Assembly (NCBI GenBank): GCA_020137815.1
Contig: CM035359.1
Span: forward strand, 5,270,001-5,334,000
Source of the DNA: Hormiphora californensis
Lineage: Eukaryota > Animalia > Ctenophora
Direction: 5' to 3'
DNA: 64,000 nt
A model generated the notes under the pieces. That model was not told the DNA's origin and did no database searches. It saw only the letters and a program-made list of their open reading frames with translations. The number at the start of each line of letters is the position of its first letter. Position 1 is the stretch's first letter. Both the position numbers and the translations under genes were made by a program. Below are positions 51,233-64,000 of this stretch, one piece after another.

Positions 51233-52456
51233 TTACAAATTGTTTCTATTCTTCCACTCCTTGATTTCACAAGCCAACCTCTCACAATCATAATCAAATA
51301 AGAAACAGTCATCTTTGAACCACTGCACAAATGCATCAATGGTATCATCAGCAAGCTGCCCGTAATATTCAAACACATCTGCATACTGAGAGTCTTTCCT
51401 TGCATCGTTGATATTTGACTTCTTTTTGTTATCAATTTTGATGTCCGATGCTCCAATTACATCCAAAAACATAGGAAATTCACACATATAATCCTCTGTT
51501 TTTAATATATACTCATAGTTTTCTTTGCATGGCGCACACCGCTCAGTCATCTCGGACCAGTGCTCGTTCTGCCAGTGATCTGTTAGCAGATTTTTGATGA
51601 ACTCTGGGAAAGTCGCCGAAACTGGATTAAGATAAGGGTTGGTAGACCCATTCACATAAACACTAACACCTCTCTCATATGGGATTGTTTTAGACATCTC
51701 CTTGGCTTCGTTTAACAGTTTGTCCCTTTTGCTACGATCTTCGAAGGATATAAATCTATGATGCCGAACTATTTCATTAAAAATGGGTTCTCTGTAGGGG
51801 TTGTTCGGTTTTAGAGCCTGGATTTTGTCACGATACGCCGAGAGAACTCGATCGAAAGGGTTCCGCACGGTTAACAGTTTAGGAGTTCCTGTAGGTGCTT
51901 TCTTTTTGTTAACTCCCTTCTTTCTCCATTGGGCTGCCCCTATATCAGCACAGATGTTAGCACTAAAGTATGGCGGACAAAAGTGGGCCTCGGTAAAAGA
52001 ACTGGCAGCTTTGAAAATGGGGCAATAAACGATCCCCTGATTTCCTGTCTTGTCCAAAAACCATTTTTCACTTGGGACAGAGTCTTGTCTGTATTGTTTC
52101 AGACTCTTACACCGCTCCTGGACTAATTCCCTGCGCTCTTTAATTAATTTTAAAAATGTCTCAGAATCAGTGGAACAGTTCGTTGGAGTGGGTTTTAACC
52201 TTGGTTCACACACCGGTTCCGAGATGGGTTCAGTGGGTAGTTGGGCGGGGTTAGTCGGTTCTAACACATCTTTTTGCCTATCTTCATACCCAGCTACAAC
52301 TTCACTGTACTGATGTACATCATTAGAACATATTGTTTTCTTCACCGGTTCCGAGATAGGATGGTTAAGTAGGATAGCCCCTAGAGTCATGACCACCATC
52401 GTGTAGACGATCAAGTAAAGAATCTTTATGAGGTTGCCATGGGTAGTTTGTATCAT
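51233..52456 (-). CDS. Golgi carbohydrate sulfotransferase (Sulfotransfer_2 / CHST8-14-like), 407 aa, single exon
   Basis: N-terminal TM anchor; 5'-PSB YCPIFKAASS; 3'-PB VRNPFDRVLSAYRDK; TFPEFI, NEHW...CAPC..NYEYILKTE, D..LFDY. Confidence 0.92.
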   Translation of the reverse strand: MIQTTHGNLIKILYLIVYTMVVMTLGAILLNHPISEPVKKTICSNDVHQYSEVVAGYEDRQKDVLEPTNPAQLPTEPISEPVCEPRLKPTPTNCSTDSETFLKLIKERRELVQERCKSLKQYRQDSVPSEKWFLDKTGNQGIVYCPIFKAASSFTEAHFCPPYFSANICADIGAAQWRKKGVNKKKAPTGTPKLLTVRNPFDRVLSAYRDKIQALKPNNPYREPIFNEIVRHHRFISFEDRSKRDKLLNEAKEMSKTIPYERGVSVYVNGSTNPYLNPVSATFPEFIKNLLTDHWQNEHWSEMTERCAPCKENYEYILKTEDYMCEFPMFLDVIGASDIKIDNKKKSNINDARKDSQYADVFEYYGQLADDTIDAFVQWFKDDCFLFDYDCERLACEIKEWKNRNNL

Positions 52457-53157
52457 CGTGATGGCAGGGATTGCACACCTAAAAAGTAAGTAACGGTTTT
52501 AATGACTATAGTGGGGGGGGGGCCTGCCGCAAGAATCTCAGCTACCTTTATTTTGGCCGATGAGATTTTTGAGATTTTTGGGAAAATTTGCTCAATTACG
52601 TTTGAGATTTTTGAGATTTTTGTGGTAAATTGGCACAATTTTTCTGCCAATACTCAGTTTTTCGTCATATTTTTTAGCTGAAAACGAGACCATACTTTTA
52701 ATTTAATAACTTAATTAGGCCAATGTCATATTCTAAGCTTATAATTATTAACTTTTGTATTAGAACACATAGTCCTAGGCATTTGCGTAAGAAAGTGCCC
52801 GTTTCAGGAATTTTTAGATAACCATGCGAGACCTTCACTAAAAGTATGCTATAGGTCCCTAGAATCACCAAAAAAAAGTTTACCACTTAAACTTCCCCAG
52901 AACATCTCTTAATTTGGCGTTAATTGGGTCTAATTGGCTAATAATGAATTCAAAATTCAAAATCGTCGTAGAAGGTCGTAATTGGTCGCAATCGTTCAGA
53001 AATATTATTCTTATCATCTTTAAATCATGATAGTGACCCAATTATGTAAAATTGGTGCCTTATTTGGCGTTAATTTGGTCAAATTGGGTCTAAATTGGGC
53101 AAAAATTCAAAATCGTTGTAGACGGTCGTGGTTGGTCGCAATCGTTCAGAAATATTA

Positions 53158-53987
53158 GGGGGGGGGCCGGCTGAAGTTTTTGAAGTTTGAAGTTTTCCAC
53201 CCTACTTTTTGAGTTTTTGAAGTTTTTGAAGTTGACTTCAAAAACTTCAAAAACTTCAAAAACTCTAAACTACTTTTATATGCTATCAGTGACTATTATT
53301 ACACTTGTTTAGGTTAGTTTCATGCTTAATACATATTGTGGCAAAGTTTTCCGTCCTTGTCTGCCCTTTTTCTACCACAAATTAGGATATTTACAATGAT
53401 TCCTAGCCATGAAATTCATGGCATAATTTGGTGTAAAAATTTTAAATTTTTTGTAAAAGCAGATTTCATTTTCATTCTATAACTCAAAAAATTGCCTAGA
53501 AAATGCAAAGAAAGTGTTTAAAAATTATCAAGTAAATTTTCAAAAAAATTTTTGGGGCCACACCCTTTTTGCCATTTTCACAAAACGCAAATTTTTTATG
53601 GAGGGAGTAGTGAAAAAAAATATGGACATCAAAATCATCAGCGGCCTCGAGTTAGTGGGGGTACGTGCCAAAATGAAGTCTCCACCTCATCTAATTCGGG
53701 AGATAATGGGATATTTACATAATTTTGTGTATGCGCATGACTTTTTTTGGGCTAGACCGGTTTCAATGGTTTCTGAGTGTCTATAGGATTTTTTAAGGGG
53801 TGTATCTTGTCCAGAATATGCAAGTTTATATAAGAGTTATGAAGCAACATAGGGCCTATCTCCAACGGTTTAGGAGATATGAGTTTTTGAAGTTTTTGAA
53901 GTTTTTGAAGTTTTCCACCCTAAGTTTCTCTTTGAAGTTTTTGAAGTCGACTTCAAAAACTTCAAAAACTTCAGCCGGCCCCCCCCC
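53158..53987. mobile_element. Poly-G-ended TIR element with 8-bp TSD
   Basis: AAATATTA|GGGG..CCGGCTGAAG...CTTCAGCCGGCCCC|AAATATTA; empty site in the opposite arm (~57280); TTTTTGAAG repeats. Confidence 0.88.
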
Positions 53988-54012
53988 AAATATTATTCTT
54001 ATCACCTTTAAA

Positions 54013-54578
54013 GGGGGGGGGGGCAAGGCCAAAAAAAGCCAGATCAATCCCGGATTTTAGGGTGGGTTTGGCTTTTTTTGGCTTTTTTGGCCTTACTTTT
54101 TTGGTCATTTTGGCATGTAATTCTGACATTATATGGTGTATATGACACTAAAAACACTTTAAAATGGCTTCTTTGGTCTAGTTTTATCATTTTATATCGA
54201 TAGGGAAATATTTTTTTACCGAAAAAAGTTTGATTTAAAAAAAGCCAGATCAAAAAAAGCCAAAAAAAGCCAGATCAAAAAAAGCCAGATCAAAAAAAGC
54301 CAGATCAAAAAAAGCCAAAAAAAGCCAGATCAAAACTGCCAAATCAAAAAAAGCCAGATCAAAAAAAGCCAAAAAAGGCCAAAAAAAGCCAGATCCAAAA
54401 AAAGCCAGATCTAAAAAAGCCAAAAAAAACCAAAAAAAGCCAGATCAAAAAAAGCCAGATCAAAAAAAGCCAAAAAAAGCCAGACCAAAAAAAGCCAAAA
54501 AAAAGCCAGATCAAAAAAAGCCAGATCAGACCCGGATTTCAGGGCGGGTTTGGCTTTTTTTGGCCTTGCCCCCCCCCC
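54013..54578. mobile_element. Poly-G-ended TIR element with AAAAAAGCCAGATC repeats
   Basis: GGGG-CAAGGCCAAAAAAAGCC...GGCTTTTTTTGGCCTTG-CCCC; absent from the opposite arm; TSD ambiguous (TAAA overlap). Confidence 0.82.
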
Positions 54579-57500
54579 TAAAACATATTAGTGACTCAGC
54601 TCTGCCAAATTGGTGCGTAATTGGCCCTAATTGGGCCTAATTGGGCCTAATTGGCTATAAGTTAAGCTTTTTTTTTTATGTTAGAACAAGAATGCCAATT
54701 TTCGCCCTGACTGGGGAAACAATTTGGAACATCAAAATTCCTTCACCAACGTGTCCCTAAGGGTCTTCTGGAACACCTCTGAGCTTTGTTACTTGCGGGT
54801 TGAGGGGCAACATGGTCATTTCCGGGTGTGTGTGCCACCTGTAACTTCAGGCAGAGCCTAATATTGTAAATAATTTTAGAATTAGAGTAGAGATTAAAAT
54901 CAGGATACTAAAGTATGTAGCGTCCTCGCATTAGTGGGGGTAGACACCCATGAAAAGTGCCTATCTCATTTGGTTAATTAGATAATTAGATAATTAGATG
55001 TATGCATATCCGTGTTTCAGCTATTATATGGCTTAAAAAGGTCATACTATGACCGAACATGTTATGTGGCTTAGATCAGATCTGTGAATGATCCTGAGGC
55101 CCTGCTTGATACCCCTCATGCCCTACTAGATACCTTTCAGATGTAGCTAGAAACCTCTAAAACCCTACTAGGAACCACTCAGACCCCACCAGATACCCCT
55201 CAGAGTCTACAAGATGCCCTGAGATTCTACTAAGTACCCTTCAGACCCTATAAGATGCCCCTTTAAGAGTTGAGACCCTTCTAGATACCCCTGCTATAAT
55301 AATACAGTCGGACCCCGATTTACCGGAACCTCGATTTACCGGGAGGATAAACTTCCCCCGATATAGGAAATTAACGGTATTTGAACCCGATATACCGGGC
55401 ACCCCGATTTACCGGGCAAAACCCTTTCCCCCGAGCATCCCGGTAAATCGGGGTCCGACTGTATTGCCCGGTCCGACTGTATTGCCCGGTCTTAGGACTT
55501 AGACCCATAGATACTACTACAACGGCTGATTTTCTCCCATAAATGCCTCTGGGCATGTCTTTACTAACGACTATTCCACACTATTTAGCGTTGAAGTCAA
55601 CTCATATTTTGGTAAAATATTCAACTGCATGATATTACTGATGTCAAAACTCCCTCTCTCTCACTCTCTTTCTCTCACACACACTCAATCGTTTGTATGC
55701 TGAATTTAGAAGAAAAAATAACGGCTCTTGACAAGGATCAATATTATGCACCGGGAAGAAAGCGATATTAGCTACCAACTCCCATACTAGTCTAAAAATC
55801 AGAGCACACGTGCTAAAACGATCATCTGGGCAGGGAAAATATAAAGTTGTTCAAGTTGTATGATATAAATTTAATAATGCTCGATCGTTGAGCTTGAGTT
55901 GACCCTCTCCCTTTATCTTTATCTCTCTTTTTTCTCTATAGTCTCTCCATATCTCTCACTCCGTGACTAGCCATCTCTGACGTGTCGGTGCTTAAGGAAT
56001 GCTTTAATAATTCTTTGCCTTGGATTATCTCTCCATTCCTTTATGTGTCTCTTACTCAAGCATCGGCGTGCCAAAGCTAATGGCTTTGTTTTTCATAATG
56101 GTTATATCGAGCTGAGGCAAAGAAGAGTTAGATGGATAGAGAGGGAGAGATCTGCCTATCTGTCTGTCTGTCTGTCATGTCTGTCTTTATGTCTGTCTTT
56201 CCGTCTGCCTGTCTATCTGTCCATCTGACTGCTCGTGGCAATAATTATTAACTCTGTGTCTGCTATTGCTAAATTATTCATATCCAACAATCGAATAGCA
56301 ATGATCATCGGGGGGAGGGGGGGGGGGCACGGCGTGCCCCAGGGTATTTTAACATTTGTTTTAGTGACCAAGTGATAAAAGGTATCTAGTAGGGCATTAG
56401 GGGTATCATTCACAGGTCTGATCTAAGCCACATAACATGTTCGGTCATAGTATGAACTTTTTAAGCCATATACAGTCGGACCCCGATTTACCCTGTCTGG
56501 CGCCGCGACCCATCTGAGCGCCGCCATACAGGATTTACCGGGCGCCGATATACCAGGCACCCCGATTCACCGGTCAAAACCCTTTCTCCCGAGCATCCCG
56601 GTAAATCGGGGTCCGACTGTAATAGCTGAAACACGGATATGCATACATCTAATTATCTAATTATCTAATTAACCAAATGAGATAGGCACTTTTCATGGGT
56701 GTCTATCCCCACTAATGCGAGGACGCTACATACTTTAATATCCTGATTTTAATCTCTACTCCAATTCTAAAATTATTTCCAATATTGGGCTCTGCCTGAA
56801 GTTACAGGTGGCACAACAACAACAACAACAACAAAATGGATTTATATACCGACTAAATAGACAAGTACTCTCGATTGGTTTGAAGAGCAGTTGCCATTCA
56901 TAGCGGTTCTCTCATCCTATCTTGACATATTGGTTGACAAAAGGTCTTAAATGGTAACTCATACTGGTGACTTATAACTGACATATATAGTAGACACACA
57001 CCTGCACCCGGTAGACACACACCCGGAAATGACCATGTTGCCCCTCAACCCGCAAGTAACAAAGCTCAGAGGTGTTCCAGAAGACCCTTAGGGACACGTT
57101 GGTGAAGGAATTTTGATGTTCCAAATTGTTTCCCCAGTCAGGGCGAAAATTGGCATTCTTGTTCTAACATAAAAAAACTTAACTTATAGCCAATTAGGCC
57201 CAATTAGGGCCAATTACGCACCAATTACGCACCAATTTGGCAGAGCTGAGTCACTAATATGTTTTAAAGGTGATAAGAATAATATTTCTGAACGATTGCG
57301 ACCAACCACGACCGTCTACAACGATTTTGAATTTTTGCCCAATTTAGACCCAAGTTGACAAAATTAACGCCAAATAAGGCACCAATTTTACATAATTGGG
57401 TCACTATCATGATTTAAAGATGATAAGAATAATATTTCTGAACGATTGCGACCAATTACGACCTTCTACGACGATTTTGAATTTTGAAATCATTATTAGC

Positions 57501-58284
57501 CAATTAGACCCAATTAACGCCAAATTAAGAGATGTTCTGGGGAAGTTTAAGTGGTAAACTTTTTTTTGGTGATTCTAGGGACATATAGCATACTTTTAGT
57601 GAAGGTCTCGCATGGTTATCTAATAATTCCTGCATTTGACTCAAATGCCTAGGACTAACAAGGAAAATTTCTATTCAGAATTTCGATTTTTGGAAAAAAA
57701 CACAAGGATTATTTCTATCCCAAATTTTTGAATGGAAAAATCGCAAATTTGCCTCATTTTTCTCAATAATCTCACGGTTTTTGGCCAAAAATCGAGAATC
57801 TCAAAAATCTCAGCTACCCTGAAAATCGCGAATGAGGCATGAGATTCTTGCGGCAGCCCCCCCCCCCCCCTAAAGTCCACGGAAAACGAATAAGGCGGAC
57901 CGTTGTCCGTTATGTGTGTTACCAGTGCAGTACTTTCAGGAGCCTAGCAAGCAGGAAAAGCACGTTGCACGTGATTTTATGCTGCCATTGTGCGCGGCAG
58001 GGCTGGTTTTGGGTCGTGAACCACATAGGGCGGCCTGAATGTGCAAGGACACCGCGGCCCGAATTGCGTGGCGGGCCTCGATCCGCCTTAGCCATTTTCC
58101 ACGTAGTTATATATGCTGGGCCCACGACAGCGGGGGGGGGGGGGGCGGGCCCCCCTGGGATTTGCCAAAAATTGAAATTTTATTGAAATATTTTGTAGAG
58201 AATGTGAAAAAATGCATGGAAATGCATACAATTCAGTTAAAATTCTTAATTTTTCGGGGGCTTCGCCCCCTCCGAGACATATCA

Positions 58285-58601
58285 TCTCTATTTAATTAGC
58301 TCTATTATAATTTGGAGATGAACGTCGTGATGGCCGTTCGTTAGGCGGTATCTAAGCGACAGACTGCTCCTTTATAAAACACTTTATGTGCCCAAAGCTG
58401 TAAAGCTGTATTTCACACTTTTGGGAGTTTGTGAATACTTTCGGATGAATTTTAACAATTCAGTCCCCATAGTTACCGCTTCAGTACAACCATAATTTTG
58501 GCGTTAAGTATGTGAATGAAGAGCGCCCCAGAGAACCACCCTGCGGAGCCGGGTGGGTTGTCAACAGCCCTTACTTGAGGCGCACCCGGTGGGTGCGCTA
58601 G
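58285..58601 (+). mobile_element. Non-autonomous Helitron
   Basis: A|TCTCTAT...TATTATAA 5' end; hairpin GCGCACCC-GGT-GGGTGCGC + CTAG|T 3' end; related copies at ~59425-59700 (-) and ~62220-62506 (+). Confidence 0.78.
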
Positions 58602-59999
58602 TTAAGTAAATGATGGTCCCAAGAGTTGAAATTTATCTTATTTGAAAGATAAAATAATGAACTTTAATCCTATATAATTTTTTCCCCGCCCGGGTGAAGG
58701 CCGAAGGCTTTCACCCGGATGCCTTTTGCAAAAAGGCATACGGGGTTTAGAAATCTAAACGGATATAGTGACTATGTGTAGCAAGTCCACCTCCCTGTCC
58801 CGTCTTGCGTTGCTAACAGCAACCCTGCGGCGCGCACGATTTGGTTCTTGCGGAGGTTAATTTCGCGCGCGCGCGTTCACAAGCATTTTTTGCGTGTTAC
58901 ATACACATTGTAAATTTGCGAGTGTTAGAGGTTAGATTAGTAGTTAGAATGTCGAAAGTAAGTTAGCAGTGCCATGTGAGTTAGTTAAGCTATGTGAGAA
59001 GTATACTGCACTGGCAGCTAGATCGTAAACAGAATTATTAAAGAATTAAACAGAATTAAACAAATAAAGATCATAACACTAATACTGTGTTGTTAGATCC
59101 TATGCATCTCACATTACACTTTGACCAAGCCTTGAATGTTGAATGACACATGATACGGGAGGGCGGGGAAACAGAGCATTATGAATACATAATGCAATAA
59201 TTCTTGTTTTCATTTTATCTTTTTTTAAACGGGGGTGAGAACCGATTAAGTTAAAAATTAACCATTTTGCCCCGGTTTACCCTACTGAAAATAAAGGAGA
59301 ATCTTGGTTATTTTTTTACTTTGTAGGACATGTTTGGTTTGGTCGAATGCACCTCTAACCGCACCCAGAAGGCGCCTGACTCGAACGGTACCGTCAATCG
59401 TTATATCCGTCTGTTTTTTCTTGACTAGCGCACCCATTGGGTGCGCCTCAAGTAAGGGCTTTTTGATAACCCACCCGGCTTCGCCGGATGGTTCTTTTCG
59501 CCCCTTTGGCCTTTGAACGTCAATAAAACGGTTGCCATGGCAACTGAATTGGTAACTATGGGGACTGGCATGTTAAAAGTCATTCGAAAATATTAACAAA
59601 CTTCCACTGGAAGTTCAACAACTGTGAATAACAACTTTACAGCTTTGGGCCTTTAAAGTGTTTTATGAAGGAGCACTGTCGCGTAGAAACGCTACAAAAC
59701 AACAAAAGGGCACATCATGTGCCCTTTTAGAGTGTGAGATAGGTATCCTGTATCCATCATTAGTCTTAGAGGATACCGAGGAAGGCGTCCATGTCGAGTT
59801 GATGACAGTGTGGACTACAACCTGCTCTATCTGTAGAGGAAGAAGACATAAATTTGATTGTTATTCTTTTTTAATAATTTTTCCCCCCAAAAAAAATCCT
59901 GTATCCTACCAGTGATCTAATTGGGCCTCTCAGCTCTTATTCGTAGCGACCATGCTGTGTTCACAGAGATTGGTTAATAGAGTAGGATCATCTTCAAGA

Positions 60000-61681
60000 G
60001 TGCGAATATAATATGAAAATAAAATTGTTGTACGATGGCTTCCGGTGAATATATTGCCTAGTGAGCGAAATTTGGCCATCAGCATGTGCCCTGTGTGTCA
60101 GACAAAATTCGTTTCGTCTGACCATGACCCGAGGGAGGTTAACTGTTGCACGACCAGAGGAAGTGCTTCAGATAATGATATAATCTCAACCCTCTATTGA
60201 CTAAGATCTACTCCTATTTTTCGGCTTGAATAATGTCTGCGACCATCTCAAAAAACACTCTACCGGGAAACCTCGTGACAAGTGCCAATGTGTTATTTTG
60301 ACTAAATTGTACAGTAGACTTGGATATGAGGGCCTCTTATAACAGTTTTAATTTCCAGCTTAGTGCGTAGGAGAAAGAAAATTAGATTTTTGATGGAAAT
60401 GCATGTAACTTATCAAGTTATACATTTTAAAACAAGGCTCATTTTTTAGTTGAAAATCCATATGGAATTCCATATGGAATTTTTTTGGAACATGGAAATT
60501 CCATATTCCATATGGAATTTAAAGCAACATGGAACAGGACAACCCTAGGCACATTTGTGGGTTTAAGGCCCCAGTTAGAGATTTGACTACTGGAGCCAGT
60601 TTCTTGATGCCAGAGATTCACTCTGCTGCTGACACTGCACGTGCGCCTACTTTCAATGCAATTCACATCGAAATCCCTGCTAGTCATCGAAGATGTCGCG
60701 CTGCAGCATGGTTTATCAGGGGTCTCCCAGCTAACTACTGGTGTCAGTTTCCTGCAGCCTGGTGTCAGTTTCCAATCTGCAACTGGAGCGTAAGACCCCT
60801 TTCTATTGTTACAGACTGTCTCCTGCGAGCTTGTTGAATTGTTCATACTTTATTTTTTGCGGAGCACGGACACAGTGTCAGGCGACTCAACGAGCTTGAA
60901 GAACTAAACAGAGCAGTATGAAGTTAATACTATGAACAAGCCTTACACAGAGGCTTATGACGAGCGTATTCTACAAAGCAGAATAATGATATGTAAAGCA
61001 ATTACCACTCTCTTCCCTCAAGCTGTATAAGGTATCTATATCACAAACTATCATAGCGTCGCTATGTAAACAATGATCAGAAATCATACTACTTACTAAG
61101 CAAATTGTGTAACGGAGGTCACCTAGCAACTACACTTGCACGTGCAATTATTAGAGGGACCTGGAGAGTGGAGACCTCTCTCCCAGTTGCACTTGGGTAC
61201 CAAGGGGAAATTCAATTCTGCACGTGCATTCTTTTACTTCTGTCCTGATGTTTAGCTCTTCCACCCAAAGTGCTATTCGGCAACGTTTATCTAGGTCCAG
61301 GAGAACTGCTGCTGTCAGGGAGCAGGCTAGAGAATATGACAGATTACGCCAACGTGTTCAAGCGAGCCAATCAACGACTACGGATAGCTTTACCCAAAGT
61401 CGCCCAAGGGTGATTACTCCAGTCGAATATAGAAATCTCCAAATCGGCTACATAGCGGCCAAGTTTTCACGTGATGAGTTTCTGGAACAGCACTGCACCT
61501 CCATGACATTGATCTCTTAAATTCACACCTCGACATTGTCAGGAAGCCCAGAGCGTACACCAACATGAGTAGGGAGAAAGTGAGAGATAGGCTAGGAACG
61601 GATGGTGCAGGTGATGTCAGCGTTCCCTAATCCAGCTATCATTTCCCCGAAATTCGCCCGTAGGGCGAACGGGCCTACTAG
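60000..61681 (+). mobile_element. Degraded Helitron with possible RepHel N-terminal remnants
   Basis: 3' hairpin + CTAG|T at 61681; fragments MCPVCQTK...CCTTRG, RASYNSFNF and RQRLSRSRRTAAVREQAREYDRLRQR resemble the N-terminal region of RepHel proteins. 5' boundary uncertain. Confidence 0.45.
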
Positions 61682-63275
61682 TTATCTGAATTTGAATTCT
61701 AATATGTGAAGCTAATAAGAAATCCGAAGTAAAAAAGTGCAGTTGAAGTTGCTGTGGTTGTAGTTCAGAAGTGGTTCAGAAGTACAACTGTAACTCTCAT
61801 GCATATGTATAAAGGTCTTCTAGGAACTGCCGGGAACTGCTAGGCTAATGCCTGTGAAATCAACGTGCATTAGAAACCAGGCTTCACTAAATGTCCAGGT
61901 CTCTCTTGGTAGTGTCTTTCAGTGCTGGACAAAGAGAGGGATATTATTGCACAAAGCAATTCAAGACATAGAAACAAAGCAAAACTCTTCCTAGCCTAGC
62001 TATTCTTTTCACGGGGTAAAGATAGCATAAAGCAATTGGATTTTGAAATATAATAATAACCAGTATCCAATCAAACACATCATATCAACCAACAGAATGG
62101 ATATTGAGTGATAATGAGGCATATCAAGGCATTCTTGAGGCAGTTGTGAGTAATCGTGCTCACTACTGCACACTGCACACTGCACAGAGTAAATTGGCAA
62201 AATACCTCATGAAGAAAAGGATCTTCGTTAGGCGGTATCTAAGCGACAGACTGCTCCTTTATAAAACACTTTATGTGCCCAAAGCTGTAAAGCTGTATTT
62301 CACACGTTTGGGAGTTTGTGAATACTTTCGGATGAATTTTAACAATTCAGTCCGGGTTTAGTCCCCATAGTTACCGCTTCAGTTGCCATGACAACCATAA
62401 TTTTGGCGTTAAGTATGTGAATGAAGAGCGCCCCAGAGAACCACCCGGCGGAGCCGGGTGGGTTGTCAACAGCCCTTACTTAAGGCGCACCCGGTGGGTG
62501 CGCTAGTCTATATTATAAAGTAAAATGAACGTCGTGGTGAGGAGGAGTATGTCCTATCCCATGTGCAAATAGAGGGGGGTTGCCAAGGAGGTACCCTGGA
62601 AGGGGTATTGGAGGTTTAGGGGGAATACTGCACGTGCATGTTGTTGGTTGTTCGTTGTGTGCCTGTGGTGTTTCGTGGTATTTTGGAATCTACTGCTGGG
62701 GCCCCCATGATTGCCAAAGCCTTTCTACCTACGTACCCCGTTGATTCTCTACACAGCTACAATTCTACGGATCTTTATCACCTGATTCTACATTAAGCCT
62801 GTCAAAACGTGTCGATTTTTGGCCAAACCTAGAAGTCACGAGAGGCAAGCCAATTCAGGTTGTACATCCTACTGGTTGCAACACGTTCTATAGAACGTTG
62901 AAACAGGCTTACATGTTATTCAGCGGGATTTCCCTTCAAGATGTTTATCACCAGCGCTCTACCACTACCAACCTCCGTATTCTTTACCCCGACATGGAGA
63001 GACGAAGAGTGAGAGGAGGAGAGAGACATAGAGACGGGTGGGGGGGGGGGGGCTATTGTAGGACTTCAATGGGCTTTCTAGTCCTTATTATAAAGTAGAA
63101 ATGAGTGGCGTGATGGTGATGTAGTATCCTAGCACGTGCAAACTGAGAGGGGGTCGAGCAGCGATGGGAGGGACTTGCACGTGCATATTGAATTTTTGGC
63201 AATTTTTCAAAATTCATAGCTTTCTAAAGAGCCCAAGGTTTTCAAAATTAGTTGAGAAATGGACAAGTTATGGTA

Positions 63276-63791
63276 GTAGAGGCAATAATTACACTCACCT
63301 TCTCTGATTTCTATGAAACTTCTCCCATGCTAAGAGGTGGCAATAGAGGTTCAAATACCGCTGAGTTTAAGTCTGAACAATGTTCGGTTCGTTAATTATC
63401 GCTAATTGAAAAACGCCAAAATGGCCTAAAATCGCCCTAAGTTCGGAATTGAAATTTTAGAGTTGAGACTCCAGACTTCGTGGAGATGTCCGCTAGGATG
63501 ACAATATGCACCAAAATCGGACGGAAAATCGGACATCTCCACGAAGTCTGGAGTCTCAACTCTAAAATTTCAATTCCGAACTTAGGGCGATTTTAGGCCA
63601 TTTTGGCGTTTTTCAATTAGCGATAATTAACGAACCGAACATTGTTCAGACTTGAACTCAGCGGTATTTGAACCTCTATTGCTACCTCTTAGCATGGGAG
63701 AAGTTTCATAGAAATCAGTTGCCAAGTTAGACTGTTTTTCGTTTGTACAAAACAAGAAATCAGAGGAGGTGAGTGTAATTATTGCCTCTAC
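63276..63791. mobile_element. Foldback MITE (TA flanks) inside a Helitron unit
   Basis: TA|GTAGAGGCAATAATTAC...GTAATTATTGCCTCTAC|TA; ~215-bp arms. Confidence 0.85.
63719..63755 (+). mobile_element. 37-bp micro-element with 8-bp TSD
   Basis: GAAATCAG|TTGCCAAGTTAGACTGTTTTTCGTTTGTACAAAACAA|GAAATCAG; empty site in the left arm (~63304). Confidence 0.85.
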
Positions 63792-64000
63792 TATGGGGTA
63801 AAACGTGTAAAAATTGTGCCAAAATAAAAGGGCATTTTTTTCGACTGAAAAATCACTCTAAAGACTCACTCTAAAGACCGCTGTTTCAACGGGGGGGGGG
63901 GGGATTTGTGTAGGACTTCAATGGGCTTTCTAGTCCATCTCTATTATAATTTGGAGATGTCGCTAGCAACCGTCGTTAGGGGCGGGTTGGTTGATACTGC

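Larger units (their letters stand above)
52513..57870. mobile_element. Nested transposon cluster: poly-G-ended outer element containing a 4.9-kb foldback (52772-57655) with further insertions
   Basis: Outer GGGG-(C)CTGCCGCAAGAATCTCA / TGAGATTCTTGCGGCAG-CCCC; inner TA|GTCCTAGGCATTTG...CAAATGCCTAGGAC|TA; inserts at 53158-53987, 54013-54578, 55305-55461, 56473-56619 and ~56815-57013. Confidence 0.85.
62220..64000 (+). mobile_element. Head-to-tail array of non-autonomous Helitrons
   Basis: CTAG|TC..TATTATAA junctions at 62506/62507, 63081/63082 and 63933/63934. Confidence 0.72.

Noticed and set aside
63719-63755. 37-mer as a retroposed spliced-leader exon
   Set aside because: It ends in AA in both orientations rather than at a splice-junction-like end, and longer versions share both termini with internal sequence added, which fits a DNA element better.

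Overview
AT-rich, intron-containing animal genomic DNA, not prokaryotic. The gene content (intronless LDLa-repeat 7TM receptor lacking LRRs, single-exon F-type-lectin-like protein, single-exon carbohydrate sulfotransferase) suggests a ctenophore or another marine invertebrate (inference). Much of the window is mobile DNA: more than 15 long inverted-repeat (foldback/MITE) elements with TA, TAA, TTAA, 6-bp or 8-bp target duplications, often nested, plus CR1/L2 LINE fragments, a tRNA-derived SINE and a head-to-tail Helitron cluster. Genes reconstructed by hand from splice signals are a multi-exon gene ending in a CCDC106-like HTH domain (followed by two more orphan exons for the same domain), a 3-exon 8-Cys secreted Tha p 2-like peptide missed by the ORF track, a spliced THAP-domain gene, and an acidic low-complexity gene within a tandem duplication. 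The most striking observations are (1) a family of ultra-short (24-229 bp) insertions with asymmetric TTGCC...ACAA ends and 8-bp target duplications, five copies, two with the empty site visible; (2) the array of three diverged HTH terminal exons, possibly alternative DNA-binding ends of one gene; (3) a 1.8-kb TIR element carrying a bipartite motif repeated every ~150 bp with polarity switching near its centre. All protein family calls come from motif recognition by eye; no searches were run.
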